From: Chthoniobacteraceae bacterium
GTDB lineage: Bacteria > Verrucomicrobiota > Verrucomicrobiia > Chthoniobacterales > Chthoniobacteraceae
Assembly: GCA_031409655.1 (NCBI GenBank)
Contig: JANNXQ010000187.1
Span: 32,001-96,000 of the forward strand
DNA: 64,000 nucleotides
Direction of reading: 5' to 3'
Shown: positions 1-9,531 of the stretch, piece after piece
Layout of the letters: each line of letters starts with the position of its first letter
How positions within the stretch are numbered: the first letter of the stretch is position 1
Notes under the pieces: model-generated
The model's database searches: none
Told to the model about the DNA's origin: nothing
The model's input: only the letters and a program-made list of their open reading frames with translations
Position numbers and translations under genes: made by a program

Positions 1-99
1 CGCCGCCGGGCAAGGCAGCCTCCCGACACCTCCGGCACCCCATGAACCCCCGCAAAGTGGACACCTTGCACAGTGAGACGAGAGCGCAGCGCGCGGGCA

Positions 100-1503
100 G
101 GGCGTGTCCGAAAGTTTGTGTTTTGGGGGTTTGGTTTGGTGTTGGTTAGGCTGGTCGGGTGGATTGCTTCAGCATCTGGGGGCGGCGGAGAAGCGCGCTC
201 CGAATTGGATGGCAAACTGGTTGGCGGCTTCGATCCAGCCGGCGGGCGGTGCCTTCCATTTCGCGGTGATGTTGCTCAGGGCCAGATACAATAGCTTGGC
301 GGCCGCTTCATCGCTCGGGAAGTGGCCGCGGGTCTTGATGATTTTTCGCAGTTGCATGTTCAGGCTCTCGATGGCGTTGGTCGTGTAGATGATCTTCCGC
401 ACTTCCGCGGGGTAGGCGAAGAAGGGGATGACTTGCTCCCACGCCCGCCGCCAGCTCGCGCCGATGGTGGGATGTTTTCGGCCCCATTCGCCACTCTCAA
501 ATTCCTGCGGCCTCTGCGCGGCCATCTCCGCATTTTCGGCCCGGTAGATGAGCTTGAGTGCGCCGGCCACGGCCTTGTGATCCTTGTAGCTGCAGTAGCT
601 CAGGCTGTGGCGGATCAAATGCACGATGCAGGTCTGCACGCTGGCTTGCGGAAAGACCGCGGTGATGGCTTCGGGGAAGCCTTTCAGTCCATCGACCACG
701 GCGATCAGCACGTCTTCCACTCCGCGGTTGCGCAGTTCGTTCATGACTTTGAGCCAGAATTCCGCGCCTTCATTTTGCTCGATCCACAGCCCGAGCACGG
801 CGCGCGTGCCATCGGCCTCCACCCCCAGCGCGAGATAGACGGCTTTGTTGCGCACCGTGCCTTCGTCGCGAATGCGCACCCGCAGCGCGTCGAAGAAGAC
901 CAGCGGATACATCTTCTCCAGCGGCCGGTTTTGCCACTCGCTGACTTCGGCATGCACCGCGTCGGTCACCGTGCTGATGAAGTCCGCGCTCACCTCCACC
1001 TGATACTGCTCCTCCAGCAGCGCCCGGATCTCCCGCACGCTCATCCCGCGCGCATACAGCGCCCTGATCTTGGCATCGAAGCCAGGCAGCCGCTTCTGCC
1101 ACTTCGGCACCAGCTGCGGTTCGAAGCGGCTCTGCCGATCCCGCGGCACCGCGATCTCCAGCGCCCCGCTATCGCCCAGCACCACTTTGCGGCTAAAGCC
1201 GTTGCGGCAGTTGGCCGCCTCCGGCGCTCCGGCCTCCGGCTCGCTCTCCTGGCTCGCCGCCGCCTCGCGCTCGCCCCGCAGGTGATGGCTCATCTCCGCC
1301 CCCAGCGCACGCTCCACCAGCGCCCGGGTCAATTGCCCCAGCAACCCGGCCTCCCCGAGGATCGCCTCCGGACTATGCCCATGACGGGCGATCAGCGCAT
1401 CCAGCGCCTCCACGTTGATGGCTCCACTCTTCTCGTTCTTCGTTCTTTTCATTTTCCGTTGTCTTCTCTTTGGGCCCCTCCACACAAACTTTCCGACAGG
1501 CCC
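100..1503 (-). mobile_element. IS256-family insertion sequence (~1.4 kb)
   Basis: Transposase bounded by 22-bp imperfect terminal inverted repeats: GGGCGTGTCCGAAAGTTTGTGT (100-121) and the reverse complement of 1482-1503, GGGCCTGTCGGAAAGTTTGTGT (2 mismatches). No target duplication seen. Confidence 0.92.
169..1452 (-). CDS. IS256 (Mutator-family) DDE transposase
   Basis: Motifs VPRDRQSRFEP, LYARGMSVREI, VFFDAL, VVDGLKGF, QTCIVHLIR, IYTTNAIESLN. Likely ATG at 1452 (MKRTKNE). Confidence 0.96.
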   Translation of the reverse strand: MKRTKNEKSGAINVEALDALIARHGHSPEAILGEAGLLGQLTRALVERALGAEMSHHLRGEREAAASQESEPEAGAPEAANCRNGFSRKVVLGDSGALEIAVPRDRQSRFEPQLVPKWQKRLPGFDAKIRALYARGMSVREIRALLEEQYQVEVSADFISTVTDAVHAEVSEWQNRPLEKMYPLVFFDALRVRIRDEGTVRNKAVYLALGVEADGTRAVLGLWIEQNEGAEFWLKVMNELRNRGVEDVLIAVVDGLKGFPEAITAVFPQASVQTCIVHLIRHSLSYCSYKDHKAVAGALKLIYRAENAEMAAQRPQEFESGEWGRKHPTIGASWRRAWEQVIPFFAYPAEVRKIIYTTNAIESLNMQLRKIIKTRGHFPSDEAAAKLLYLALSNITAKWKAPPAGWIEAANQFAIQFGARFSAAPRC

Positions 1504-1533
1504 ATGGGGGCGTCCGGGACGAAGTTTCCGCAG

Positions 1534-1764
1534 CCCCCATCGTCCGTTCCGGTCGCGGAATTCAAAATGGGGGCACCCCCTTTTTCGATTCCACCACCCC
1601 CATCGGGCTTTCCGACGCTGGAATCCGCGCTGGCACCACCCCCATTCCCGTTCCCGCTGCCCTCATCGACGATCCCGACGCCCCCATCGCGGATTCCGCT
1701 CCCCCCATTTTGGATTCCGACGCCCCCATTTTGGATTTTCCAGCCCGTTTTGTGGATTTCCGGC
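1534..1764. repeat. Degenerate 21-bp tandem array (~11 units, consensus ~CCCCCATTNNGGATTCCGACG)
   Basis: Units start at 1534, 1576, 1597, 1639, 1660, 1681, 1702, 1723 and 1744, on an exact 21-nt period. Confidence 0.75.
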
Positions 1765-1811
1765 CCTTTTTCGCGAAAATCAGCCCTTTTCCCCAAATGG
1801 AGGCCCCCTGA

Positions 1812-2603
1812 ATGGCCAATTGGGACCAGCCCGGCACCTTCTGGGATCACGCCTACTGGGACGGCTTTGACCCCACTTCCACCACCCCAAAACAAAAAAA
1901 GAAACGCATGAAACGACAGGACTACTACCCCTCCCGCATCGGTGACCAGGTCGTCTGGCTGCAAAACTTCAAGACCAAGCTGCCCCTGCACGCCACCGAT
2001 CTCGGCCTCGTCCCGGCCACCGTCACCGCCCGGCTGCTCGATGTGGACAATGCCCTCTACGGCCTCGACAGCTACCGCGGAGCCCTCGGCCCCGCGAGCA
2101 CGAGCTGCTACCAGTGCATCGACGACGCCCTCTACGGCGCCACCGTCCCCGGCCAGACCATGTGGATGGGTTTCACCGTCCCCGCCGGCGCCCCCGCCGC
2201 CGTGCCCAATGGCACCCTCGTCCGCGTCTTCGATTTCATCGCCGACGCCATCAAAGCCGCCCCCGCCTACAGCACCATGGTCGGCGAAGACCTCGGCATC
2301 GTCGGTGCCGAAGAGCAGCCCCCGAGTCCCACCGTCACGCCCGAGTTTGACCTGCGCCCCACCGGCGGCGGCAAACTCGAAGTCGTCTGGACCAAGCGCC
2401 CCTTCGACGGCGTAAAGCTCGAGTTCGACCTCGGCACTGCCGGGCTGAAAGCCGACATCGACCTCCGCCCGAACTACACCCTGCAATGGCTCCCCGCCGC
2501 CGGCCAGAGCGCCATCGTCAAAGTGCGCCTGCGTTATATCTACGAGGGCGAAGACTTCGGGAACTGGAGCGATTGGAAGACTTACACCCTGGGCGGAACC
2601 TAG
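1812..2603 (+). CDS. Hypothetical protein (Trp-Asp-rich N-terminal extension, helical N-domain, Ig/FN3-like C-terminus)
   Basis: Good GC3 codon bias. Begins WDxxxxxWDxxxWD, then DYYPSRIGDQVVWLQNF; beta-rich C-terminus ending GNWSD. Alternative start at MKRQDYY (1908). Confidence 0.75.
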   Translation: MANWDQPGTFWDHAYWDGFDPTSTTPKQKKKRMKRQDYYPSRIGDQVVWLQNFKTKLPLHATDLGLVPATVTARLLDVDNALYGLDSYRGALGPASTSCYQCIDDALYGATVPGQTMWMGFTVPAGAPAAVPNGTLVRVFDFIADAIKAAPAYSTMVGEDLGIVGAEEQPPSPTVTPEFDLRPTGGGKLEVVWTKRPFDGVKLEFDLGTAGLKADIDLRPNYTLQWLPAAGQSAIVKVRLRYIYEGEDFGNWSDWKTYTLGGT

Positions 2604-2649
2604 CGGATGACAGAAGAATCGCCCCGATTCCAGCCCAGCCGGGGCACCC

Positions 2650-2814
2650 ATGCAATTTGGCACGGGTTTCTTAACGACCGTCGCGGGCGGCGGGACTGGA
2701 ACATTGACGGTGGATGTGAATAACGTGCGGCCAGCACCCGAACCCATCTCAACGATGCTCCTCCTCCCTGGAGCAGTTTGGCTGCTGGGGCACCGCCGTC
2801 GCCAGGCAAGGTAG
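2650..2814 (+). pseudogene. Orphan PEP-CTERM C-terminal remnant (54 aa)
   Basis: Translates as MQFGTGF...VRPAPEPISTMLLLPGAVWLLGHRRRQAR*, i.e. PEP, TM helix and basic tail. No signal peptide; in-frame stop at 2608. Confidence 0.7.
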
Positions 2815-2952
2815 CTCGCCACTTCACGGCCACAGCAGGCCACGGTAAATACCCCGCCTCGTCCAGCCGCCCGGTTAAAACTTTCCTCCTCGTGACGAAG
2901 CTCGGGGCTCCATCACGAGGAGAATCCTGCCACCAGAAATCCTGAACACACC

Positions 2953-3210
2953 ATGCCCTTCAACCCTGCCCTCCCCGCCGATAACTCCCCGCTCAATTCC
3001 GCCGAGATGCGGGGGCAACTCACGGCGCTGAACGCCGACGTGCAGACGCGCGCTACCCAGGCGCAGCTCGCCGCCGAGATCGGCGGCACCTCGGCCAACA
3101 GCAACGGCGTGGGCACGCTGGGTATGGTGGTGAGCGACCCGCCCACGCAGGCCGAAGTGCAAGCCATCGCCGACAAGCTCGACGAACTCATCAACGCGCT
3201 GCGGCGGTAG
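2953..3210 (+). CDS. Small hypothetical protein (MPFNP...DPPTQAEVQAIADKLDELINALRR family)
   Basis: Clean 85-aa ORF with strong codon bias and an amphipathic C-terminal helix. Confidence 0.75.
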   Translation: MPFNPALPADNSPLNSAEMRGQLTALNADVQTRATQAQLAAEIGGTSANSNGVGTLGMVVSDPPTQAEVQAIADKLDELINALRR

Positions 3211-3224
3211 CTATGCCGGCTCGC

Positions 3225-3298
3225 CAAGGAGCAGGGGCGCCCCCGCCCCGTGGATCAAACGAAAACCGGACTCGGGGCGAGGGCGCCCCTACTCCTTG
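3225..3298. repeat. REPIN-like element (inverted pair of GTAG/GCAG REP units), copy 1
   Basis: CAAGGAGCAGGGGCGCCCCCGCCCCG ... CGGGGCGAGGGCGCCCCTACTCCTTG. Also present at 18309 and 43191. Confidence 0.8.
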
Positions 3299-3490
3299 CG
3301 TAGCTTATCCAGATCCGGGTCGGACTTGGCGAAGTTGCGGAAATTTTTTGTCGATCGAGTGCGGCGGGATGTTTGCGCACCCTTGGTACTCCCGTCATGC
3401 AACGGGCAAAGTGCATGACACGCTCTAAGGTCCGAGGAGGGCGGCCTCCGATCTTAAACCTGCCATCCTGCTCTTTACCTTTTTGAACTT

Positions 3491-3575
3491 ATGCCTTTTG
3501 ACCCTACCCAACCGAAGCCGGGAGAAGAGATCGATGCGGTGCAACTGCGGGATCAATTCAATGGACTGAATAGTA
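3491..3575 (+). pseudogene. Truncated paralogue of the 2953-3210 gene
   Basis: MPFDPTQPKPGEEIDAVQLRDQFNGLNSK aligns with MPFNPALPADNSPLNSAEMRGQLTALNAD; similarity is lost afterwards. Confidence 0.6.
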
Positions 3576-3726
3576 AGAGCTGGGGAGGGGAGAGCGGAGA
3601 ACACCAAACTTCAAACGCTAACCGGTTCCGGTCCTTGCGGAAGACGAGGAGCTGTCCGGGCAATCGGGCGCGGGCACGAGCCGGCAATCCCAAAACCCCA
3701 ATGCCGTGAGGGCGCGGGTGGGCTGG

Positions 3727-5532
3727 CTAGTTGGTCTTGAGCACTTCGATGAAGGCTTCCTGCGGGATGTTCACCCGGCCGATGCTTTTCATCCGCTTCT
3801 TACCTTCCTTCTGCTTTTCGAGGAGCTTGCGCTTGCGGGAGATGTCGCCGCCGTAGCATTTCGCAGTTACGTCCTTGCGCTGGGCGCTCACGCTTTCGCG
3901 GGCGATGATCTTTCCCCCGATCGCGGCTTGGATGGAGACTTGGTAGAGCTGCGTGGGGATGACTTCCTTGAGTTTCGCAGCGAGGGCGCGTCCACGGCCC
4001 TCGGCTTTGTCGCGATGCACGATGGAGGAGAAGGCGTCGATGGGTTCGCCATTCACGAGCATGTCGAGCTTCACGAGCTTCGAGGCATTGTAGCCGGCTT
4101 GCTCGTAATCCATCGAGCCATACCCACGGGTGATGGACTTAATCTTATCCACGAAATCGACGAGGATCTCATTGAGCGGCAGCTCGGTGGTGAGCATCAC
4201 GCGTTTGGTGTCGAGGGACTCGGTGTGCTTCACCTCGCCGCGCTTATCCATGATGAGCTGCATGAGCGGCGAGATGTAGTCGTTCGGGATCATGATGAAG
4301 CAGCGCACGATCGGCTCGCGGATCTCCTGGATGACGCTGGCGTCGGGTAAGTGCTCGGGGTTATCGACGTGGAGTAACTCGCCATTGGTCTTCAGGACTT
4401 CGTAAATGACCGATGGGTAGGTCGCGATGATGTCCATGCCATACTCGCGGCGCAGGCGTTCGACGATGATCTCCATGTGCAGCAGTCCGAGGAAGCCACA
4501 GCGAAAGCCAAAGCCGAGCGCGACGCTGGACTCCGCCATGTAGTGAAAGGCGGCGTCGTTGAGTTGCAGCTTGGCCATGGCGGCCTTGAGATGCTCGAAG
4601 TCGGCGGTATTGATCGGGTAAATGCCGCTGAAAACCATTGGCTGGATTTCCTGAAAACCAGCGAGCGGCTCGGGCGCGGTGTTACTCCGGGAAGTCAGGG
4701 TGTCGCCCACCTTCACCTCCGTGCTCGTCTTCATATTGGCGATCACGTAACCCACGTCGCCGGGGCCGAGCTTGGGTTGCGCGAGGAGCTTCGGCTGTTG
4801 CGGGCGAAAGATGCCGACTTCCTTCACTTCGTAGCTGCGATCCGTGGCCATCATCTTCACCTGATCCCCGGCCTTCACCGTCCCATCGACCACGCGCACA
4901 TAGACGATGACGCCGCGGTAAGTGTCGAAGGTGGAATCGAAGACCAGCGCGCGCAGGGCGTCATGAGCGTGCCCAGTCGGGTGTGGGATGCGTTCGACGA
5001 TGGCTTCGAGGATGTCTTCGATGCCGATGCCGGCCTTCGCACTGGCGAGGATCGCATCGTCGCCAGGGATGGTGAGAATGTCTTCGAGCTGGCGCCGCAC
5101 GGTCGGGATATCCGAGTTCGGCAGGTCGATCTTATTGATGACCGGGATGAGCGTCAGCCCCTGCTTGTTCGCGAGATGGACATTCGCCACGGTCTGCGCC
5201 TCCACGCCCTGCGCCGCATCCACGATGAGCAGCGCGCCTTCGCAGGCGGCGAGCGAGCGCGAGACCTCATAGGCAAAGTCCACGTGCCCCGGCGTGTCCA
5301 TGAGGTTGAGCTTATAAGTGTGGCCGTCCTTCGCCTTGTAAGTCATCGCGATCGGGTGCGCCTTGATGGTGATGCCGCGCTCGCGTTCGAGGTCCATGGA
5401 ATCGAGAAGCTGCTCCTGCGATTCGCGCTTCTGGATCGTCCCAGTGAATTCGAGCAGGCGGTCCGACAGCGTGGTCTTCCCGTGGTCGATGTGGGCGATG
5501 ATGCAAAAGTTGCGGGTGCGGCTGAGCGACAT
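3727..5532 (-). CDS. lepA: Translation elongation factor 4 (LepA)
   Basis: RNFCIIAHIDHGKTTL, DTPGHVDF, GFRCGFLGLLH, KCYGGDISRKRKLLEKQKEGKKRMK. Confidence 0.99.
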   Translation of the reverse strand: MSLSRTRNFCIIAHIDHGKTTLSDRLLEFTGTIQKRESQEQLLDSMDLERERGITIKAHPIAMTYKAKDGHTYKLNLMDTPGHVDFAYEVSRSLAACEGALLIVDAAQGVEAQTVANVHLANKQGLTLIPVINKIDLPNSDIPTVRRQLEDILTIPGDDAILASAKAGIGIEDILEAIVERIPHPTGHAHDALRALVFDSTFDTYRGVIVYVRVVDGTVKAGDQVKMMATDRSYEVKEVGIFRPQQPKLLAQPKLGPGDVGYVIANMKTSTEVKVGDTLTSRSNTAPEPLAGFQEIQPMVFSGIYPINTADFEHLKAAMAKLQLNDAAFHYMAESSVALGFGFRCGFLGLLHMEIIVERLRREYGMDIIATYPSVIYEVLKTNGELLHVDNPEHLPDASVIQEIREPIVRCFIMIPNDYISPLMQLIMDKRGEVKHTESLDTKRVMLTTELPLNEILVDFVDKIKSITRGYGSMDYEQAGYNASKLVKLDMLVNGEPIDAFSSIVHRDKAEGRGRALAAKLKEVIPTQLYQVSIQAAIGGKIIARESVSAQRKDVTAKCYGGDISRKRKLLEKQKEGKKRMKSIGRVNIPQEAFIEVLKTN

Positions 5533-5642
5533 AGGAAGTTTCGAGAGCCGCGCACTATGCGCGGCAAGCCGGAGGCGGTCAACCGCCCCTCTTGGCGCTG
5601 GAAGTTTCCCTCCCGCGCTGCTCCGATGCGGTCTTGCTGCCC

Positions 5643-6566
5643 ATGATGACCTACGCGGAGATCGAATCCTTCTTCACTGGCCTCATCGCCGAGGCGCAGG
5701 CGCGCGGCATCACCTGCGCCATCACGAGTGGCATGGCGTGCGTGCATTTCGGCGTTTCCACGACGACGAAAGATTGCGACGTCCTGTGCGCGGCGGAGTC
5801 GGCGGAGAGCTTCCTCGACCTCATCGCCGCGACGCGAGTGCGGGACATCGCGCCGACCTATCGCGGCAATCTCTCGCCGCCGCTCGACGCCCGCTGGCTG
5901 CGCGGCGGGTGGACGGCCCATTTTTTCTGGAAGGCGGCGCCGGATGAAGTGTGCCTGGACATTTTCGGCGTCGCACCACGGGGCAGCACGCCTTGGGAGG
6001 AGAAGCTCCGCGGCTTCTACGTCGATCCCCATGTGGTGGCGGAAATGAAACGCACGAATCGCGAAAAGGACTGGCCCTTCGCAACCGCGCTCGGCGGCCA
6101 AATGCTCGAAGCGAATGAGGCACGCGGCTGGCTCCACCTCCATGAACTCGAAGTGCTGCGGCGCTTTGCCCCGAGCATCCCGATTCCACCGGCGCTCGCG
6201 GACCTGCGACCGCTGCTGCGCCTCGCGCCATTTTCCGACACGCTCCGTATGAAACGATTGCTCGTCGCTGAACGCGCCTTCTGGAGCGAATTGGATGAGT
6301 TGCGTATTCACATCCATCAACGCCATCTACGGCCCTATACCTCGGCGGTCCGGCGGGCGCAGGGTGCGCGAAACTGCGAACTCCGGACATCCCATGCGAT
6401 CCGGCTGGCCTGTGCCACAGAGCATCTGCCGAAAAGCCCACTGCGCGACTACGGGATCGAGCGAATGCTCGCTGAAGTGCGGGCGACTGTCGGGGTGACA
6501 GTGGGACCGGATGTCGTAGAATGGCTGCCGAAGGCCACGGGCAATTTCCACGGCCTCGCACCATGA
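5643..6566 (+). CDS. Putative nucleotidyltransferase-fold protein
   Basis: N-terminal SGMACVHFG..TTKDCD matches the G-x-A...G...T-x-D-x-D NTase signature; later MK.T.REKD motif. Confidence 0.6.
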   Translation: MMTYAEIESFFTGLIAEAQARGITCAITSGMACVHFGVSTTTKDCDVLCAAESAESFLDLIAATRVRDIAPTYRGNLSPPLDARWLRGGWTAHFFWKAAPDEVCLDIFGVAPRGSTPWEEKLRGFYVDPHVVAEMKRTNREKDWPFATALGGQMLEANEARGWLHLHELEVLRRFAPSIPIPPALADLRPLLRLAPFSDTLRMKRLLVAERAFWSELDELRIHIHQRHLRPYTSAVRRAQGARNCELRTSHAIRLACATEHLPKSPLRDYGIERMLAEVRATVGVTVGPDVVEWLPKATGNFHGLAP

Positions 6567-6778
6567 AATCACCTGCCCCGAAGCCGCTCACTCCCGCGCA
6601 ACGTCGTCGTTTGCACAAAGTGATGTACAACTTCCACGTCCGCGCCTTTGGCGAGGAGATGGCGCGGATCAATTTCCTGCCGGAGGCCAAGCGCAAGCGC
6701 GAACTCGGCGAGATGATCGACCACGCCCGACGCAAAGGCGTGGATCTTTCGCGGCCTGCTTTGGGCGTGACGCCCTGA
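6563..6778 (+). CDS. Small basic hypothetical protein, translationally coupled to the upstream NTase-like gene
   Basis: ATGA overlap at 6563-6566; 71 aa (MKSPAPKPLTPAQRRRL...). Confidence 0.6.
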   Translation: MKSPAPKPLTPAQRRRLHKVMYNFHVRAFGEEMARINFLPEAKRKRELGEMIDHARRKGVDLSRPALGVTP

Positions 6779-6799
6779 CGGACGCGCGTTTTTCAGCGC

Positions 6800-8071
6800 C
6801 TACTGCCCGATGCACCACAGATGCTTGGCGGTGCGGATGAAAATGTCGCCGTTGGAGATGGCGAAGGAGGAGTTCGTGGGTTCGCCGAGAGAGTTCGTGG
6901 CGAGCAGTGCGAAAGTCGGGCTGGCGCGGAAGACGAAGGCGTCGCCGCCCTGGTTCATCGCGTGACATTTGCCGTCGGCGATCACGATCGACGACCAGTT
7001 CGTGCCACTCGGCCCCGGTCCTTTCAGGCGCTCTTCCCACACGACTTTGCCGGTCTTCAGCTCGATGCACTCGGCGATGCCGGGATCGTCGAGGATGTAG
7101 ATGTGCCCTTCGTGAATCGCTCCCGAGCCAATGCGCTGCTTGGTGCGCGGGTGATGCCACACCCGATGGGACTCCGTGACATCGCCCGAGCCGCCAGCCC
7201 GCACCGCGACGGCCTTGCCATTGAATCCGCCCATCGCGACGACGATGCCATCTGCAAAGATCGGTGAGGTGTAGGCGAGCGCATTGATGCCACCACTGGT
7301 CCACAGCTCTTTGCCCGTCGCAGGATCGAAGGCGCAGACGCGATTTGGATACATCATGAAAAGTTCCTCGCGCTCGCCCACCCGACGCAGCAGCGGATCG
7401 CTCCAGGAGCCGAGCCATTGCGCCTTGGCGCTCGTGCCTTCCGGTTTCTCTCCCGAGTGGCCGCCCGGCTCGTCGTGCTGCCAGAGCGTCTTCCCACTCG
7501 TCTTATCGAGCGCGATCAGGAAAGTGCGCGGGCCCGGCCCGAAATTGAGGAAGCAGCGGTCGCCGTGCAGCACTGGCGACGCCGCATTTCCCCAGATGTG
7601 CGTCTGCTTCCCGAGATCGCGATGCCACAGCTCCTTGCCGGAAAAATCAAAGCACCACACGCCCGCCGAACCGAAGGAAACGATCACCCGCTCGCCATCC
7701 GTCACCGGCGATGCAGCGCACTGCGGATTCGTTGCGTGCGTGACCTCCTTGCCTGGATAGGTGGTGCCCGCACGCCAGAGCTCTTTGCCCGTCGCACGGT
7801 CAAAGCAGAGCAGCAGGCGCCGACGTTCGCTCTCGATCGCCTGCGTGAGAAAGACGCGATCACCCCAGACGATCGACGACGAATTTCCGCGCTCCGGCAA
7901 CGGCGTTTTCCATTTCACATTTTCCGTTGGGGACCACTTCAATGGCACGCCAGTTTCGGCTGCGACACCATCGCCAGTAGGCCCGCGCCAGGCCGGCCAA
8001 TTGGCCGCGAGGGTGACGGAAAACGGACTCGCCAGCAGCATCGAGGCAACGAGAGAGGAGGGGAACTTCAT
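6800..8071 (-). CDS. Secreted PQQ-like beta-propeller repeat protein
   Basis: Signal peptide, NWPAWRGP, and repeated D..TGKELW / SPV..GD motifs. Confidence 0.9.
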   Translation of the reverse strand: MKFPSSLVASMLLASPFSVTLAANWPAWRGPTGDGVAAETGVPLKWSPTENVKWKTPLPERGNSSSIVWGDRVFLTQAIESERRRLLLCFDRATGKELWRAGTTYPGKEVTHATNPQCAASPVTDGERVIVSFGSAGVWCFDFSGKELWHRDLGKQTHIWGNAASPVLHGDRCFLNFGPGPRTFLIALDKTSGKTLWQHDEPGGHSGEKPEGTSAKAQWLGSWSDPLLRRVGEREELFMMYPNRVCAFDPATGKELWTSGGINALAYTSPIFADGIVVAMGGFNGKAVAVRAGGSGDVTESHRVWHHPRTKQRIGSGAIHEGHIYILDDPGIAECIELKTGKVVWEERLKGPGPSGTNWSSIVIADGKCHAMNQGGDAFVFRASPTFALLATNSLGEPTNSSFAISNGDIFIRTAKHLWCIGQ

Positions 8072-8209
8072 GACGCCAAAACTACGCGCACCGAGCCGCC
8101 AGCGGACAGACGCAATTTCCCGCAGACACTTCCCGGCGCAAATCGCCTTGCCCGCCGCCCTTGCCACCGCTTACACCTCGCCACCCAACTTAACACCCAG
8201 AAATACTTT

Positions 8210-9367
8210 ATGAGTCGCAAAATTCGTTACGGCATGATCGGCGGCGGTCGCGGAGCCTTCATCGGCGCAGTCCATCGCATCGCGGCCAACATCGACGGGC
8301 AGATCGACCTCGTCTGCGGCGCCTTCTCCTCCGATCCGGAAAAATCCCGCCTCTCCGGTCAGGATTTTTTCCTCCCGGCGAAGCGCTGTTACGGCAGCTA
8401 CGAGGAGATGATCAAAGCGGAAGCCAAGCTCCCGGCCGACGAACGCATGGACTTTGTCTCCATCGTCACGCCGAATCACCTGCACTTTCCTCCGGCGAAA
8501 ATGGCGCTGGAAAATGGCTTCCACGTCCTCTCAGACAAGCCTGCCACCTTCAGCCTTGCCGAAGCGAAAAAGCTCCTCGCCGTCGTCAAAAAGAGTAACC
8601 TCCTCTACGGCCTCACGCACAACTACACCGGCTACCCGCTCGTGAAGGAAGCCCGCGTGCTCATCGCCGACGGCAAGCTCGGGAAAATCCGTAAGGTCGT
8701 CGTCGAGTACCCGCAAGGCTGGCTCGCCACGCGCCTCGAAGCCTCCGGCCAGAAGCAGGCTTCCTGGCGCACGGATCCGAAGAAGAGCGGCGCGGCGGGT
8801 TGCATCGGCGACATCGGCACGCACGCCGAAAATCTCGCCGAGTACATGACCGGCCTGAAGGTCATCGAGCTGGCCGCCGACATCACCACCTTCGTCAAAG
8901 GCCGCAAGCTCGACGACGACGGCAACGTGCTCCTGCGTTTCGACGGCGGCGCGAAGGGCGTGCTCCACAGTTCGCAGATCAGCGTCGGCGAAGAGAACAA
9001 TCTCAACATCCGCATCTACGGCGAAAAGGGCGGCCTCGAGTGGCACCAGGCCGAGCCGAATACCCTGCTCGTGAAATGGCTCGACGCCCCCACGCAGATC
9101 TTCCGCACCGGCAACGGCTACCTCACCGCCACTGCCGCCGCCGCCAGCCGCACCCCTCCTTCACATCCCGAAGGCTACCTCGAAGCCTTCGCGAACATTT
9201 ACAAAAACTTCGCCGGCGCCATCCGTTCGAAGCTCGAAGCCCGGAAAACGACCGCCGTCGAAAACGACTACCCGAAAATCGAAGACGGCGTACGCGGCAT
9301 GGCCTTCATCGAAGCCGTGGTCGCCAGCTCGAAGAAGAACTCCGCCTGGACGAAGCTGGACGTCTGA
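8210..9367 (+). CDS. Gfo/Idh/MocA family oxidoreductase
   Basis: GMIGGGRGAFIG, IVTPNHLH, DKP, GDIGTHA. Confidence 0.95.
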   Translation: MSRKIRYGMIGGGRGAFIGAVHRIAANIDGQIDLVCGAFSSDPEKSRLSGQDFFLPAKRCYGSYEEMIKAEAKLPADERMDFVSIVTPNHLHFPPAKMALENGFHVLSDKPATFSLAEAKKLLAVVKKSNLLYGLTHNYTGYPLVKEARVLIADGKLGKIRKVVVEYPQGWLATRLEASGQKQASWRTDPKKSGAAGCIGDIGTHAENLAEYMTGLKVIELAADITTFVKGRKLDDDGNVLLRFDGGAKGVLHSSQISVGEENNLNIRIYGEKGGLEWHQAEPNTLLVKWLDAPTQIFRTGNGYLTATAAAASRTPPSHPEGYLEAFANIYKNFAGAIRSKLEARKTTAVENDYPKIEDGVRGMAFIEAVVASSKKNSAWTKLDV

Positions 9368-9531
9368 CGGCGGTTGGCTCGGCGGAACGCTAAAGTATGA
9401 CTTCGTCGTATTTTGGCGTGCTTTGTCTGCGCTTTGACTACATCATACCCCTTAGCCCGCCGCGCCTGAAATCCGACTTCATGTCGTTGAGGGGTATCCC
9501 TCTTAGGGCGTTGGCGGGCCTCTCCACCGAC

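Noticed and set aside
1534..1764. CRISPR array
   Set aside because: Contiguous degenerate 21-mers with no repeat-spacer alternation, and no cas genes in the window.
3394..3465. c-di-GMP-I riboswitch (GGGCAAA ... CTGCC)
   Set aside because: GGGCAAA lies in a hairpin loop; the GAAA-tetraloop P2 stem and the following GCAAA junction are absent.
7418..8209. N-terminal extensions of the Gfo/Idh/MocA ORF (and likewise those of argC, fabG and the HMA gene)
   Set aside because: They overlap opposite-strand genes or repeat elements; homology begins at the downstream Met.
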